From a virus (taxonomy: Duplodnaviria > Caudoviricetes), in the IMG/VR virus record IMGVR_UViG_3300031993_000010, positions 1 through 64,000 of that record: a DNA stretch of 64,000 bases. The stretch is one strand, 5' to 3'. Positions 40,901 through 49,560 of this stretch are shown here, piece by piece. The position numbers were made by a program, and so were the translations under genes. Position 1 is the first letter of the stretch, and every line of letters begins with the position of its first letter. The notes beneath the pieces are model-generated. The model saw nothing but the letters and a program-made list of their open reading frames with translations, was not told the DNA's origin and did not search any database.

Positions 40901-41197
40901 GTGGCTGAGGAAAATGAGGGATACCATTTTGTCAGATGGGAAAAGGTGGGTGAAGATAAAAATACTGTTGTCGTGTCAGAGAATAGCACAGTACAGGTCT
41001 TAGTTTGTGAGAACGATACGTACATTGCGGTGTTCGAGGAAGACTGTATCATAACCGCAGGCTGCAAGACAACGTGTAAGATGACGTTTGAATGTGAGAC
41101 ACAGGAACCGTGCGCCACTGTATTCCTGTGTGAGACCGAGGAACAGTGTGATGTCAATTTTACCTGCACATTGCCTGACAGTACAGGTTCAATATAA
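34970..41197 (+). CDS. very large baseplate/tail protein with inserted Ig-like (T9SS-CTD/DUF3244-like) modules and a C-terminal InlB B-repeat
   Basis: 2075 aa; IFKTKGTKHAIDMVMGLFG resembles a phage tail I/baseplate motif; YGNVYGGGRY...AEENEGYHFVRW B-repeat. Confidence 0.7.
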   Translation: MPRYSKTHSNYVKQKKHQDVTDGYIFSRDWVTFGNLHRLEPGKKPFFGDSNFIFTDNSTPVYEKKRGYGKWVARFVYDDVKDAVGDVNEVRVNTNSNDLRSYAYYGSMVDLIRVTIEDIIMNFPARLYSINENLFLIDGGNEWVDTGRKKLSNQFSIDLHSEGILLENNENELRYLSVSWDKYNIVRYDGDERLSEENIVSYDILPPDVEVYNAYKYHEQGYNFLVYQNHLLKWDNGTHRYIEIEYVTECHNYFESCGDYLRYDGVFYRWDAENGEYVKLHYYEICDDNYQKIATIRIATEENVYFVYAYRINGIVYYACAYEGFSIEPKQELIESYFNNIDGLAKKLLSRNRIPLYTARLSTPYETMSGMYLFTDRDYTWPSDGYCIDIGSPSYLSYLDRLMDMAEKYDKVYSDCIWRCMTHETIKNFDWTYRREYSENDALENIEGGQRMEELLHFYGYVYDTAKRYVDGIKMTNKISYDGYDNCADAEISDKNNAKGWDIVSTIWEPCYYEPYDCSGVETGIDYVFTPKCFESKFTFENDDCLSVAYEGKDIICISPIRKGDGNEYEIYGGKLPIVWNPNCATDIVFGWIETPDGKRYVTHYRIVDKKTGDIIAEGDVNGVDVFTFDMSGIPSGDYVVYLTFSGGESDSWVIVKQESQKSCDECDDIWKAMTEVCEKNKTLPLIIQNNCNDKYYKLGTKKWVDEEYVNEFPMAGNCYEINAMMPHPCICDEVSFKIGCGVFMLDCNGVGKDIETPKMCETTKFDYYSETDTILVAWDSYHYTPPQTCKLTHNNEVVINNIPINTWQENNDYWGRITLNTELLTESEYVIEVEYNSTCKLYFQIFNVGPLSVVVRREESLQDCSIHPIAVGLRHQYDSETNTLSIWFEEGSVHVSGIKFAIFDSNDICVYPTTSLTSEPVVLEMNEYPDDEYYMVFYEKEGMYNICVTITKDNYSHIIPDYCITEGGMTFTPYPCLPAEANKLDDQYISVGCGPDALYYEKKCNDPSKEMLTYDFFDGKCTEKETSYVIETGECVAFDEDEDEIHLIPSCNSVYGSGFYTYTVAQDWGSGIGIEFNYDCVNGTVTFNFNLKDPNTDPLPISYTIETKDGTTLVMSGDIENNPVTIDLSSLQVGGYTIRFCGDVNCKKYVDIQYLGKYEEECQGCQDYWNKIKKECGGDEKIPYIIQDADNPSRFYNVDNSEWGNEKFVFDFWNGGSGIYVGKEDLFGDGCTKNVVVKLDCGGCFEIVNCTAIGVDDPDEINEMCKKLFNFKVFVKGNLLIIDWAANTSCVHYIIKNNNDEVIVEEYGHFTKPLGIDLTILTENGYTIEMDFDRLSMTMAIDIEKCHANETFISLVETTHDSTPMIVKETPWINYSQRSTRHLAYVELSGNPSCDLGDDEWDESNTFSSVPYVISEASPRFIRVVNNYTTRYYMLSDAGIDHRPYTHDRWYSAINPNSVTPLSCDIDYQRRLNLSTNRIFKTKGTKHAIDMVMGLFGYGRNNKSELHCNSDYALWEMCTFSTMKGYDDAFYFYELLDDAPDHEFTENETYQSLPLWNGEWSSEYIRVGSNDIYTYFRLNSEYTVSEAIRQLYLHRTSEKMYNDWYTGVPIGDYYEGNTHYVIPYYDKKRVYEGNLYFQQKGGWGRMPEIFGMSDDSQVEWMETVPYLHVLPSVEDLLSVLSIDLRQDDIYYVADLMDYVNFDEDVPYNLSHFFKINDRYNPQRFSSWLNVPMTGEIVYNKNYNVDGVTHDDYVHAKYLADIVSTSLFNNPHIGYGDYDMGRDYLNYMFTPYKYSVDNYYFDNMKYNYMAQQMVFDMESIPFRDGLAGYMMTPDPGIDDIPVFDDVPSRYDTTWDMPEYIKVWWGYGYNYFKRVEFDKVENRVNGNLIPNDLYILNDKVLVLQNLNNNVYHRQYMKDVVLKYVLQVIPSTTILMLTGFDSNANCCLTYYNLSVEPSNPEYGNVYGGGRYLTTTYAVLVAEENEGYHFVRWEKVGEDKNTVVVSENSTVQVLVCENDTYIAVFEEDCIITAGCKTTCKMTFECETQEPCATVFLCETEEQCDVNFTCTLPDSTGSI

Positions 41198-41219
41198 ATT
41201 ATAAAACAAAAATCCGATA

Positions 41220-43724
41220 ATGGCTAACTGCTTGGACAAATACATATGCGACTCATCCGACAACTGTACCGTTGTTATAACCGATGAAAATGGTGTGGAG
41301 ATAGACACAAGGTTTCTCCATGACGGCGATATAATATATTTGAACTATGAGGAACGGGAAGGGTATACATTTGAGGGTTTCACCGATGAAGAGGGTAACC
41401 CTGTCGGTGAGTATTATGCACCTGGTATGTATGAGGTGGAGGTTGTCTGTGGAGGTTCATACATAGCCAATTACAGCACAAATCTTTATGAAATTGATGC
41501 TACCCCATGTGACGGTATAGGCGGTACGGTGACAGGTAGTGGTGAATATCCGTATGGTTCTGAGGTGGAGTTGGTCGCTACCGAGGAGGAGGGATACCAT
41601 TTTTCGGGTTGGTATATTGACGGAGAAATGGTATCGGGTGACATCAACTACTCTTTTACCGTAAGGGATGACGTTGAGATATGTGCACGTTTCGAGGGTG
41701 ACGAGTATTACATATTAGCCAAGCCAAACGACCCCAACCTTGGAAATGCCACAGGAACGGGTGTGTATCATAGGGGTGAAGTGGCGGTTCTTTCTGCGGT
41801 GCCGTTTGAAGGCTCCAATTTCATAGATTGGGACAATGGAATAGTCAACAGCCAATGGAACCTGACCGTGATGGGTAACGGTATCTACATAGCGAATTTT
41901 GACCGTCCGTTGTACACGGTTACAATTAACATAATCAATGAATCTCCGACAAGGGGTGATATGGTTCCTGGGTTTGCCACAGGTGGCGGTACATTCAGTT
42001 ACGGAACTTCTGTAACATTGGGGGCAACCGCATATTCAACATTCTCGTTTGTCAGATGGGAAATAGACGGGGTTGTGGTCGGCACCGACAACACATACTC
42101 ATTAACAGTGACCAACAACATCGTGGTCAACGCTTATTTCACTGACGCATTGTTCAGATTGACATTACATGCTTCACCTGAGAACGGCGGCTACATCGTG
42201 GATTCGAACAACAACCAATATACAGGTGGTGAATATACATATGGTACTGTCGTGAATGTTACGGCAACACCGAATCCTTCATATGATTTTGTCGGATGGG
42301 GTGACAATGTGGCAACACCGTCACGTTCCTTCACCATGACACGTGACATAGACGAGACAGCCTATTTCAGGACAACACCTACAGGGCGTCTGGTTACATT
42401 GAGAATAAACTACAACCAACAACAGGGTATTGTGAGGATATACAAAAACGCAAACAATGAGGATGTGTCGCAATACGGCAACAACGTTGTGACATCACCT
42501 GCGGTTATGATAGGGACAAGCCTGAGGGTGGAATGCGAAGGTATTAACGGATATGTGTTCGACAGATACCTTGTGGATAACTCCACGTTGTCAATACGCA
42601 ATTTCTACATGAACAGTGATATTGAGAAAACGGTGGTGTTCAGACCCGACGGTGTATGTTCCGACCCGATTAATCTGAAGGTGGATGATACCGACTATAC
42701 GTATTTTGAATACAATGGTCAGGAATACAGCAGTGAACAGGGTGTAACGATAATTCCGACATACTCAACACCGTTCACGGTCAAGGCGAGAACGGGTTAT
42801 TATCTTGACAAACTGCTTGACGTTACGGATGAGAACAACCCGATTGACATAACCGCCAACTGTACCAAGTCATATTGCTACGACTACTATTTCCTGTCGG
42901 ATGTTAATGGTTATGTGACATTCTATTTTTCAAACGAGTATAATTATTACAACTTTATAGGGAACAACTATTATTATAGACAGATAACAAGTGCACCGCA
43001 GGGATTTGTACCTCAGGACGGTATTAACAGGTTTTATGGAAATACATCTTATGAGACAATATCACAGATAAATCCCGATACCAATAACGAACAGTATATT
43101 TGTATCGTATTTACCGATTTTTATACAACAGAATCTATTGAAAACTACTATTTTGAGAGAATACCAATACCAAGTAGCGTACCGACAGTAAATGAGTTCC
43201 CATATGTGATAGATTCATCATACCCTGATTTAATACAATGGAACGGTTTATATTGGGTGAAATTACGATTTGGGGTACATTTTTGTCAATTCCATACCAA
43301 TTGGATTACTTTGTGTATATTCGAAATGTATGAAGGTGTCATAAATCCCGTGGATGAAAATTCGCCCGAGTTTGTCTGTGCCAAAAATACTAACGACAAT
43401 GCGTCTTACAGAAAAAAAGTATGTGGCATTATGTGTGTCCCTGAATGTGGGCACAAATATCTTGCAAGTGTAAAGAAGAATTATAACAATACATCTGCAC
43501 AGAAAAGACCGATTGACAGGAGTTGCATATATTGGGGTGCCAGTGCAACGACGGCTGACGCCAATACAATCACAGACCCTAATCGTAGTAATGGAGGATT
43601 CATTTCAATATTTGAAGTGGATTACGATGTTCCACAGTCGGCTACGGCTAACAACATAACATGGAAATCAACACATACAACAGAGGCTGCTACATTGGGT
43701 GATATAATAGAACTCGGTTGTTAA
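41220..43724 (+). CDS. tail-associated protein with tandem divergent InlB B-repeats (Flg_new-like)
   Basis: About 6 repeats of GTVTG.G.Y.YG..V.L.A....GY.F..W. Confidence 0.8.
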   Translation: MANCLDKYICDSSDNCTVVITDENGVEIDTRFLHDGDIIYLNYEEREGYTFEGFTDEEGNPVGEYYAPGMYEVEVVCGGSYIANYSTNLYEIDATPCDGIGGTVTGSGEYPYGSEVELVATEEEGYHFSGWYIDGEMVSGDINYSFTVRDDVEICARFEGDEYYILAKPNDPNLGNATGTGVYHRGEVAVLSAVPFEGSNFIDWDNGIVNSQWNLTVMGNGIYIANFDRPLYTVTINIINESPTRGDMVPGFATGGGTFSYGTSVTLGATAYSTFSFVRWEIDGVVVGTDNTYSLTVTNNIVVNAYFTDALFRLTLHASPENGGYIVDSNNNQYTGGEYTYGTVVNVTATPNPSYDFVGWGDNVATPSRSFTMTRDIDETAYFRTTPTGRLVTLRINYNQQQGIVRIYKNANNEDVSQYGNNVVTSPAVMIGTSLRVECEGINGYVFDRYLVDNSTLSIRNFYMNSDIEKTVVFRPDGVCSDPINLKVDDTDYTYFEYNGQEYSSEQGVTIIPTYSTPFTVKARTGYYLDKLLDVTDENNPIDITANCTKSYCYDYYFLSDVNGYVTFYFSNEYNYYNFIGNNYYYRQITSAPQGFVPQDGINRFYGNTSYETISQINPDTNNEQYICIVFTDFYTTESIENYYFERIPIPSSVPTVNEFPYVIDSSYPDLIQWNGLYWVKLRFGVHFCQFHTNWITLCIFEMYEGVINPVDENSPEFVCAKNTNDNASYRKKVCGIMCVPECGHKYLASVKKNYNNTSAQKRPIDRSCIYWGASATTADANTITDPNRSNGGFISIFEVDYDVPQSATANNITWKSTHTTEAATLGDIIELGC

Positions 43725-43733
43725 ATATTTATA
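43724..43733 (+). promoter_or_regulatory. putative late-type promoter AATATTTATA
   Basis: Recurrent motif upstream of 43750. Confidence 0.5.
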
Positions 43734-43749
43734 GAAAAACATAATACTA

Positions 43750-46086
43750 ATGGCTTGTAATAACATAACACTGTATAACTTGAACTTGGAGGAGGTCGAT
43801 GCGGGCATCCTTGATGTGCATGAAGAATATATAATCGAACTTTCAGTTCCCCAAGACCAAGAGTTTGTCGGTTGGGTTGATTCAAATGGAAACGACATAA
43901 GTGTCTATTTAACTATAATACCCACACCCGAGGGAATGGATGAGGACAATCGTTACTACCAATTCTCACCGAAGTGCGGTTTGGTCTACAAGGCTGTGTT
44001 CAAGACGCCTACGCAATACATATGCAATGTGATTGTTGTGTCGAACAACGAGCGTCAGGGTTCTGCATCGATTACGCAGGATATACCCGAGGGAGAGAGT
44101 TATTTGGGGCAGATAATCACCATGGAGGCGTTTCCCGAATGCTGCTACAGGTTTGACAAGTGGGTTGACAGGAACGGTTCTGACATAACAGAAAATCCGC
44201 ATACAACAACGTCATCCGAACTTGGATATGGTACAAATACATATGTCGCTTTCTTTGAGTTGGAGTCCTTCAATTTTACTGTGGATTGGCAGAACGACGA
44301 GGGTGGTGTCAGCATATATGTGAACGGGCAAAGGATGGAGAACAAGACGTTTCAGGTCTTTTGCGGAGATGTGGTGCATCTTGAGGCAACGGAAAATCCA
44401 ACACACAGGTTTGTACGGTGGGTTAATGGAAACAATGAGACTGTAGACACAGAAAGAATAATAGACTATGTTGTGAAATGCGAGGACATCGGTTCTTCAA
44501 TACGTGCCGAATTTACATCAGCGGAAACCGTCATTGTCAATTATCATAACGGCGCCGACGAAGATATAACAGATGCACAGGTTTATCCTGTAGGCTCACC
44601 CTTTATCACGTTCCCTGATGAGATTGACAGACCTGGTTTCCAAATAGAGGGAATGTGGATACAGCAATGGGCAACATCGCTTGATTCGTCCGAGGCTGTG
44701 TATTATGCAGTGAACACCGAATATCCCACACCTGCAACAGACGTATTGGATTTATATGCTGTGTGGGGTGCAATATATGAAATAGACATACCGTTCAATC
44801 CTGGAATCTCAACACCCATATCACCTATCAGAGGTTTTCCTGGAGATATTGTACAACTGCCCGACATTAGTCCGTTGGCACCTTCTCACCAAAAGTTTTT
44901 GGGGTGGAGCACAATGATTTATTCACAGAATGACCTGTTGAATGCGCAGGGTATAACAGGCGCATTCGTTATACCTGATGAAAGCATAACATTGAACGCT
45001 GTTTGGATTCCTGACAATATGGTGTATTATTCGGCTAACTACATTTTTGACAACGGGACAACATCCATGCCAAGGACAACAGAATGTTTTGTGAACAATT
45101 TATATACTGTAAAGGGAACTGACTTTTTGGGATGGGAACGTGCACACTATCAATTTTCTGAGTGGGAAATAACCAACTCACAACAGTTTGTTTCTCCCGG
45201 ACAGCAGATTTATATAACCGACAACATACAATGGACTACATATGGAATCTCCCTACAAAGTTGTTGGGATGAGGAATCCAAATGGTCGGTGACATATCAT
45301 TTTGATAGCAACACATCGGAAACAATCGAGGTGTATGACAGCACCGTAATCACCCTTAATGACGGTTCAACCCTTTCAAGGGAGGGATATGTGGCTGTCG
45401 GTTGGAAAGACGCCGATGATGAGACTAACTATAACACATATCTATTTGATGGTGAGATAGTTGTGAGAAGTGACATGGAATTCTGGCCGATATGGTCATC
45501 AGAGAACTGTTTCATATATTTGTCATCTCCAGACCCTCAAGGTGTTATTGTGATAAATGAACAGGCGATGGTTGGGACAGGTCCGTTTGAAGTCGACCTG
45601 TATACCACAAACGATATCGGTGGATATTGGGTAGGTGGTACAAAGGAATTCAGTGGATGGTTCACAGATTTGGAGACCCATCAACTTGTACACGGCATAT
45701 TGCCCTTAAACTATTCCGTTATTTTTAATTTAGAATGCGGTAAAAGTTATGAGATGTACTTTGAGGATGTTGAGCCTGAAGAGTGTATTGTACATTTGGA
45801 TTGGGATACACAAAAATTGAGTGTTAAGGTGGATAATTTGGCTGTTGTACCACCATATGACTTGGATTTGAATGGGTCTTCGACAGTAAAGGTTGTTTAT
45901 ACCGGTCTTGGCTTGGATAGTTATAACGGCAGGTATTATGATTCCACGACACAGACTGAATCATATGTGGTATACTCACCATCTACCCATTTTATAGGAC
46001 TTCCAGATTGTGAAGAATGGGGTGGGCATAATATCACACTCTTATCTGAAAGCAGCCCTGTACCAGTAATCCAACCTCATCCCTAA
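43750..46086 (+). CDS. tail-associated protein with InlB B-repeats (Listeria-Bacteroides repeat)
   Basis: Repeated F.GW/F.RW...L.AVW units (e.g. REGYVAVGW, KFLGWST, ITLNAVW). Confidence 0.75.
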   Translation: MACNNITLYNLNLEEVDAGILDVHEEYIIELSVPQDQEFVGWVDSNGNDISVYLTIIPTPEGMDEDNRYYQFSPKCGLVYKAVFKTPTQYICNVIVVSNNERQGSASITQDIPEGESYLGQIITMEAFPECCYRFDKWVDRNGSDITENPHTTTSSELGYGTNTYVAFFELESFNFTVDWQNDEGGVSIYVNGQRMENKTFQVFCGDVVHLEATENPTHRFVRWVNGNNETVDTERIIDYVVKCEDIGSSIRAEFTSAETVIVNYHNGADEDITDAQVYPVGSPFITFPDEIDRPGFQIEGMWIQQWATSLDSSEAVYYAVNTEYPTPATDVLDLYAVWGAIYEIDIPFNPGISTPISPIRGFPGDIVQLPDISPLAPSHQKFLGWSTMIYSQNDLLNAQGITGAFVIPDESITLNAVWIPDNMVYYSANYIFDNGTTSMPRTTECFVNNLYTVKGTDFLGWERAHYQFSEWEITNSQQFVSPGQQIYITDNIQWTTYGISLQSCWDEESKWSVTYHFDSNTSETIEVYDSTVITLNDGSTLSREGYVAVGWKDADDETNYNTYLFDGEIVVRSDMEFWPIWSSENCFIYLSSPDPQGVIVINEQAMVGTGPFEVDLYTTNDIGGYWVGGTKEFSGWFTDLETHQLVHGILPLNYSVIFNLECGKSYEMYFEDVEPEECIVHLDWDTQKLSVKVDNLAVVPPYDLDLNGSSTVKVVYTGLGLDSYNGRYYDSTTQTESYVVYSPSTHFIGLPDCEEWGGHNITLLSESSPVPVIQPHP

Positions 46087-46103
46087 CAATAACATAGAAT
46101 AAT

Positions 46104-47087
46104 ATGGTTCACAGTATAGAGTACATAATAAAGACCAATAGCGACAGCGTTCACTTGGAGTATAGACAAACCGACTATACTCCAAGTGAGTCTGATGTTT
46201 GGGTTGGGGGATATAATTCCTTTACTGACATTAGTGAGGCTGACCCCGACAACTTGGATTCACCTTTGATTGTCAGGGTTGTCGATGGCGGGATTATAAC
46301 CTATTACAGAAGGACACTGATGGTTGGTGAAGGTGTGAACAATTTCACTGTTTCTGTGCTGATAGACGGAATTGAAGGAAGGACAACATTTATTGTTGAG
46401 GAATATACCATGTTTCTCAACCACCGTGTTGTCGGGTCTGACATCTATGTAAGTGTATCCGCCAACAGGACTGAGTTTGAACGCACGGGTATGATAACAA
46501 TCAAGTACACCCCAAATGAAAACATCAAGACTGTCTTGTATATAGAACAGGAAAAGTGCGAGGTAGGCATGATGTTTGGGAACTGTATCATAGAAAGAAA
46601 CGGGGAGTCGTCTGTTGATATTATTAATAGTGGGGAATTTGAGTACACGTTTGACACGCTGACAGACCAAACCGACGGCAATATGGAGAAGTTGACTTTG
46701 GATGTGGCTGCGATAGGACCGCATAGAAAGTATTTTGTCAAAACAATAAGGCAGTATGTACAAATCGGTCCACTTGATGACACATACAGGCTTATGGGTG
46801 GCGAGTGGTACAGACGCAAGACGAAATACGTTGAGGGCAGGTTTGTCTACTATTATGCCAAGGTGTCGGTCATAGACGGTCAGGTTTATGACGTGCAGAA
46901 GTATGACAAGGGATTGAAGATTGAGACAATGCCCGACAAAATCAGTATAACCAACTATGGTAGGGTGTTTATGGCACCAAATTCATATTATGTGGTCACG
47001 TTAGCCAATTATGACAACGTAAAAAAAGAATGCGTTGCCACATTGAGATATTCGGGCAACGCATCTTCCAATATAAACAATCAGTAG
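46104..47087 (+). CDS. putative structural protein (possible BACON-like segment)
   Basis: VSVSANRTEFERTGMITIK...V.YIEQ resembles a BACON C-terminal half. Confidence 0.6.
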   Translation: MVHSIEYIIKTNSDSVHLEYRQTDYTPSESDVWVGGYNSFTDISEADPDNLDSPLIVRVVDGGIITYYRRTLMVGEGVNNFTVSVLIDGIEGRTTFIVEEYTMFLNHRVVGSDIYVSVSANRTEFERTGMITIKYTPNENIKTVLYIEQEKCEVGMMFGNCIIERNGESSVDIINSGEFEYTFDTLTDQTDGNMEKLTLDVAAIGPHRKYFVKTIRQYVQIGPLDDTYRLMGGEWYRRKTKYVEGRFVYYYAKVSVIDGQVYDVQKYDKGLKIETMPDKISITNYGRVFMAPNSYYVVTLANYDNVKKECVATLRYSGNASSNINNQ

Positions 47088-47093
47088 GGTTCG

Positions 47094-47921
47094 TTATTGG
47101 TTAAGTAGGCGCTCGACGTCGTTCTTCACGTCATCGTAATCCTCTATTTCAAACTTGTAGTACTTGTAGTCGTTCTCGACTTCGACAAGTCTATATTCCA
47201 TTGTTTCCAAATTCCACACAACGAAACCATGCCCTGTTGTATTCTCACCGAAATCTTTCTGGAACACAGACCCCGAATATACCAACGGGACACCGTTATT
47301 TCTTATTTCCTGAAATTTATGGATATGCCCCGCCATGACGCAGTCGCATTCCTTGAACAACGAACTGTCGATACCGCTGTCCGACATGTATCCAAGGTCG
47401 GTTACAGACCCCACGCTGTCCCCGTGATATAGTGCCACGATGCGTTTATCGGGTGATTTTTGTTTCAACCCGTTGATATTCGGGTCTTTGAAATCGTCGA
47501 ACATTGAGAACAGGGCGAATATTACATTTTCATCTTCAACATAACCGCTTTTATAGTTCAGCAGACTGTCAATGAAGAAAACGTTTTTGTATGCGTTTTT
47601 TATCTTGAATGTGGGGGAGAGGGAGTCGAGTCTGTCCTTGTTACCCTGCAGCATGTCATGGTTGCCCGCCACGATGTATGTTGTCGCCATTTTGTCAAGG
47701 GCGTTAAGCAGGGAATGGAACAGCGAACGTGCCTCGTTGCTTATTCTTATCTTGGACTCGTAGATGTCACCTACAATTACAATTCTCACCTCATCTTTCT
47801 TGTAGGGTTTGATTGTGTCGGCCAACTGTTTGATGAGATTTGTCATTTTCTCTTTCATGTGGCTTTCATTGACATCGTTCTTGATGTGGAGGTCAGCCAA
47901 ATGGATACAATACTTTATCAT
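47094..47921 (-). CDS. sbcD: Mre11/SbcD (gp47-like) metallophosphoesterase nuclease
   Basis: HLADLH, VGDIYE, AGNHD, LYHG, MAGHIHK, VYSGS..Q.DFGE...HGF. Confidence 0.88.
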   Translation of the reverse strand: MIKYCIHLADLHIKNDVNESHMKEKMTNLIKQLADTIKPYKKDEVRIVIVGDIYESKIRISNEARSLFHSLLNALDKMATTYIVAGNHDMLQGNKDRLDSLSPTFKIKNAYKNVFFIDSLLNYKSGYVEDENVIFALFSMFDDFKDPNINGLKQKSPDKRIVALYHGDSVGSVTDLGYMSDSGIDSSLFKECDCVMAGHIHKFQEIRNNGVPLVYSGSVFQKDFGENTTGHGFVVWNLETMEYRLVEVENDYKYYKFEIEDYDDVKNDVERLLNQ

Positions 47922-47948
47922 TCTTAAAAGATTTTATGTTGAACAAGG

Positions 47949-47964
47949 CAAATATACTATTTTT
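47949..47964 (-). promoter_or_regulatory. Bacteroidota-type promoter AAAAATAGTATATTTG for sbcD
   Basis: Exact reverse-complement copy of the 8822 motif, oriented with the minus-strand gene. Confidence 0.75.
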
Positions 47965-48021
47965 GTTGTTATTTTTTGGGAAATGTCATATATTAGGTAA
48001 AGATTTAAACATTATTAACAT

Positions 48022-48816
48022 ATGACAAAAAAAGTAGAAGAAGTTGTTGAACAAGAACCGAAGGTGATACTTGGCTTGGATGTCAGTACCGCCACAATCG
48101 GTATTAGTTTGGTTGCAATTGACAATGGTGAAATCGTGCCTGTGGACGTGAAACACCTGCGTCTGAACGTTCCATCCAAGATAACGGGAACAAGGGCACT
48201 CCTAATGAAAACCCAAATGTTTGTCGACAAAATCAAGGAATATAATGAAAAATACATAATCGACAAAATTGTCATTGAGGAACCTCTGATGCTGTCGAAC
48301 AATGCGGTTACCGCAAGCACCTTGATGAAGTTTAACGGTATGGTCACTTTGGCGGTATATGACATTTTCGGCATTGTACCCGAGTACATATCGAGTTATG
48401 ATGCGAGAAAATACGGAATGCCCGAGTTGATGGGTGTCAGAAAATATGACAAGAAAGGCAACCTGTTACCGTTCAAGAAATTCAGGTCAGCAGTTAAGAA
48501 AAACGAGACCGTTTTGTTTGGCGACTATACTTTCGACGTTGCCAAAAAGGATGTAATATGGAATTATGTGTCCGAGACGTTCCCGAAGATAGAGTGGGTG
48601 TTTGACAAGAACGGTGACTTGAAAAAGGAAAATTTCGACGCAAGTGACAGCCTGATGTGTATCATGGGATACATCAACAAGCGCAAATACGAAAATGACG
48701 TTCCCGAGATTGTCGACTACGAAGAGAAAACCACCGAAGAAGGTATCGCTATCAAATATAATGTCAGGTTTTGCGGTCATATAACCCCACATTCTTACAT
48801 ATCAGCGGAAAAATAA
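48022..48816 (+). CDS. ruvC: RuvC-like Holliday junction resolvase
   Basis: ILGLDVST..IG, IVIEEP, L.KFNG, ARK, FDASDS. Confidence 0.75.
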   Translation: MTKKVEEVVEQEPKVILGLDVSTATIGISLVAIDNGEIVPVDVKHLRLNVPSKITGTRALLMKTQMFVDKIKEYNEKYIIDKIVIEEPLMLSNNAVTASTLMKFNGMVTLAVYDIFGIVPEYISSYDARKYGMPELMGVRKYDKKGNLLPFKKFRSAVKKNETVLFGDYTFDVAKKDVIWNYVSETFPKIEWVFDKNGDLKKENFDASDSLMCIMGYINKRKYENDVPEIVDYEEKTTEEGIAIKYNVRFCGHITPHSYISAEK

Positions 48817-48896
48817 CAAGCCCACTGTTGACGATACCGACGACAATACACCTCCCTTATCTAAAAAAGATTGGGAACTATATACCGGTTGACAGA

Positions 48897-48922
48897 AAGC
48901 AGTCGTAAAAGACTGCTTTTTT
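48897..48922 (+). terminator. rho-independent terminator
   Basis: aagcagtc-gtaaaa-gactgctt-tttt. Confidence 0.8.
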
Positions 48923-48947
48923 ATTTTTATGGATATTTATATTACAA

Positions 48948-49433
48948 ATGGGGGCAAGTATTGCAACTTATAACAATAATAACAAAACAAACGAGAGTAG
49001 AAGTATGAAACAAACAATCAGACTTACAGAAAGCGACCTTTACACTTTAATCAAAGAAGCCTTGAACGAACTTAGACCAGAAACATATGCCAATTATGCC
49101 AAAGGAAGGATGGAGCAGGCGAAAGGCAATAGAGAATTGTCGCCTGCGCAGCAAAGAGTTCAGCAAAACCCCTATGGTGGTCGTTCACTTGACTATAAAG
49201 CACGTCAAGGTAACCAACAAGCCGCCACAGCATGGAATCAAAAATACGGAACCCCCGAAGAAGGGTATGCTGAAATGAGTGTGCAGAATGGTAACGGTGG
49301 CTCGCGTCTGGTCATGGGTGGCACCCCTGAACAGGCAGGTAGGGAAACCGCAGCCCGAATGGGGGCGTATAATTATGCCGGGCAAAAACTCAACGAAGCC
49401 ATCACCCGTGCCATTCGCAAACTCCTGCGTTAA
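48948..49433 (+). CDS. small candidate head-internal protein with IRLTESDL..LIKEALNE motif (alternative start 49005)
   Basis: Preceded by GATATTTATA (48932), flanked by hairpins, ends KLNEAITRAIRKLLR. Confidence 0.65.
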   Translation: MGASIATYNNNNKTNESRSMKQTIRLTESDLYTLIKEALNELRPETYANYAKGRMEQAKGNRELSPAQQRVQQNPYGGRSLDYKARQGNQQAATAWNQKYGTPEEGYAEMSVQNGNGGSRLVMGGTPEQAGRETAARMGAYNYAGQKLNEAITRAIRKLLR

Positions 49434-49454
49434 GCAACGTTTCTCATACAATAC

Positions 49455-49490
49455 ATAAGTGAATCTAATTCAATAGGTTCGCTTATTTTG
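49455..49490 (+). terminator. stem-loop / terminator
   Basis: ataagtgaatcta...taggttcgcttat-tttg. Confidence 0.55.
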
Positions 49491-49548
49491 CATCATAGAT
49501 TTTCTGTCAGCGTGTATATAGTTTCCAAAAAACATTCCAAATTTGTAG

Positions 49549-49556
49549 TATATTTG
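49549..49556 (+). promoter_or_regulatory. TATATTTG -7 element 4 nt before the primase start
   Basis: TAGTATATTTG-gggt-GTG. Confidence 0.65.
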
Positions 49557-49560
49557 GGGT

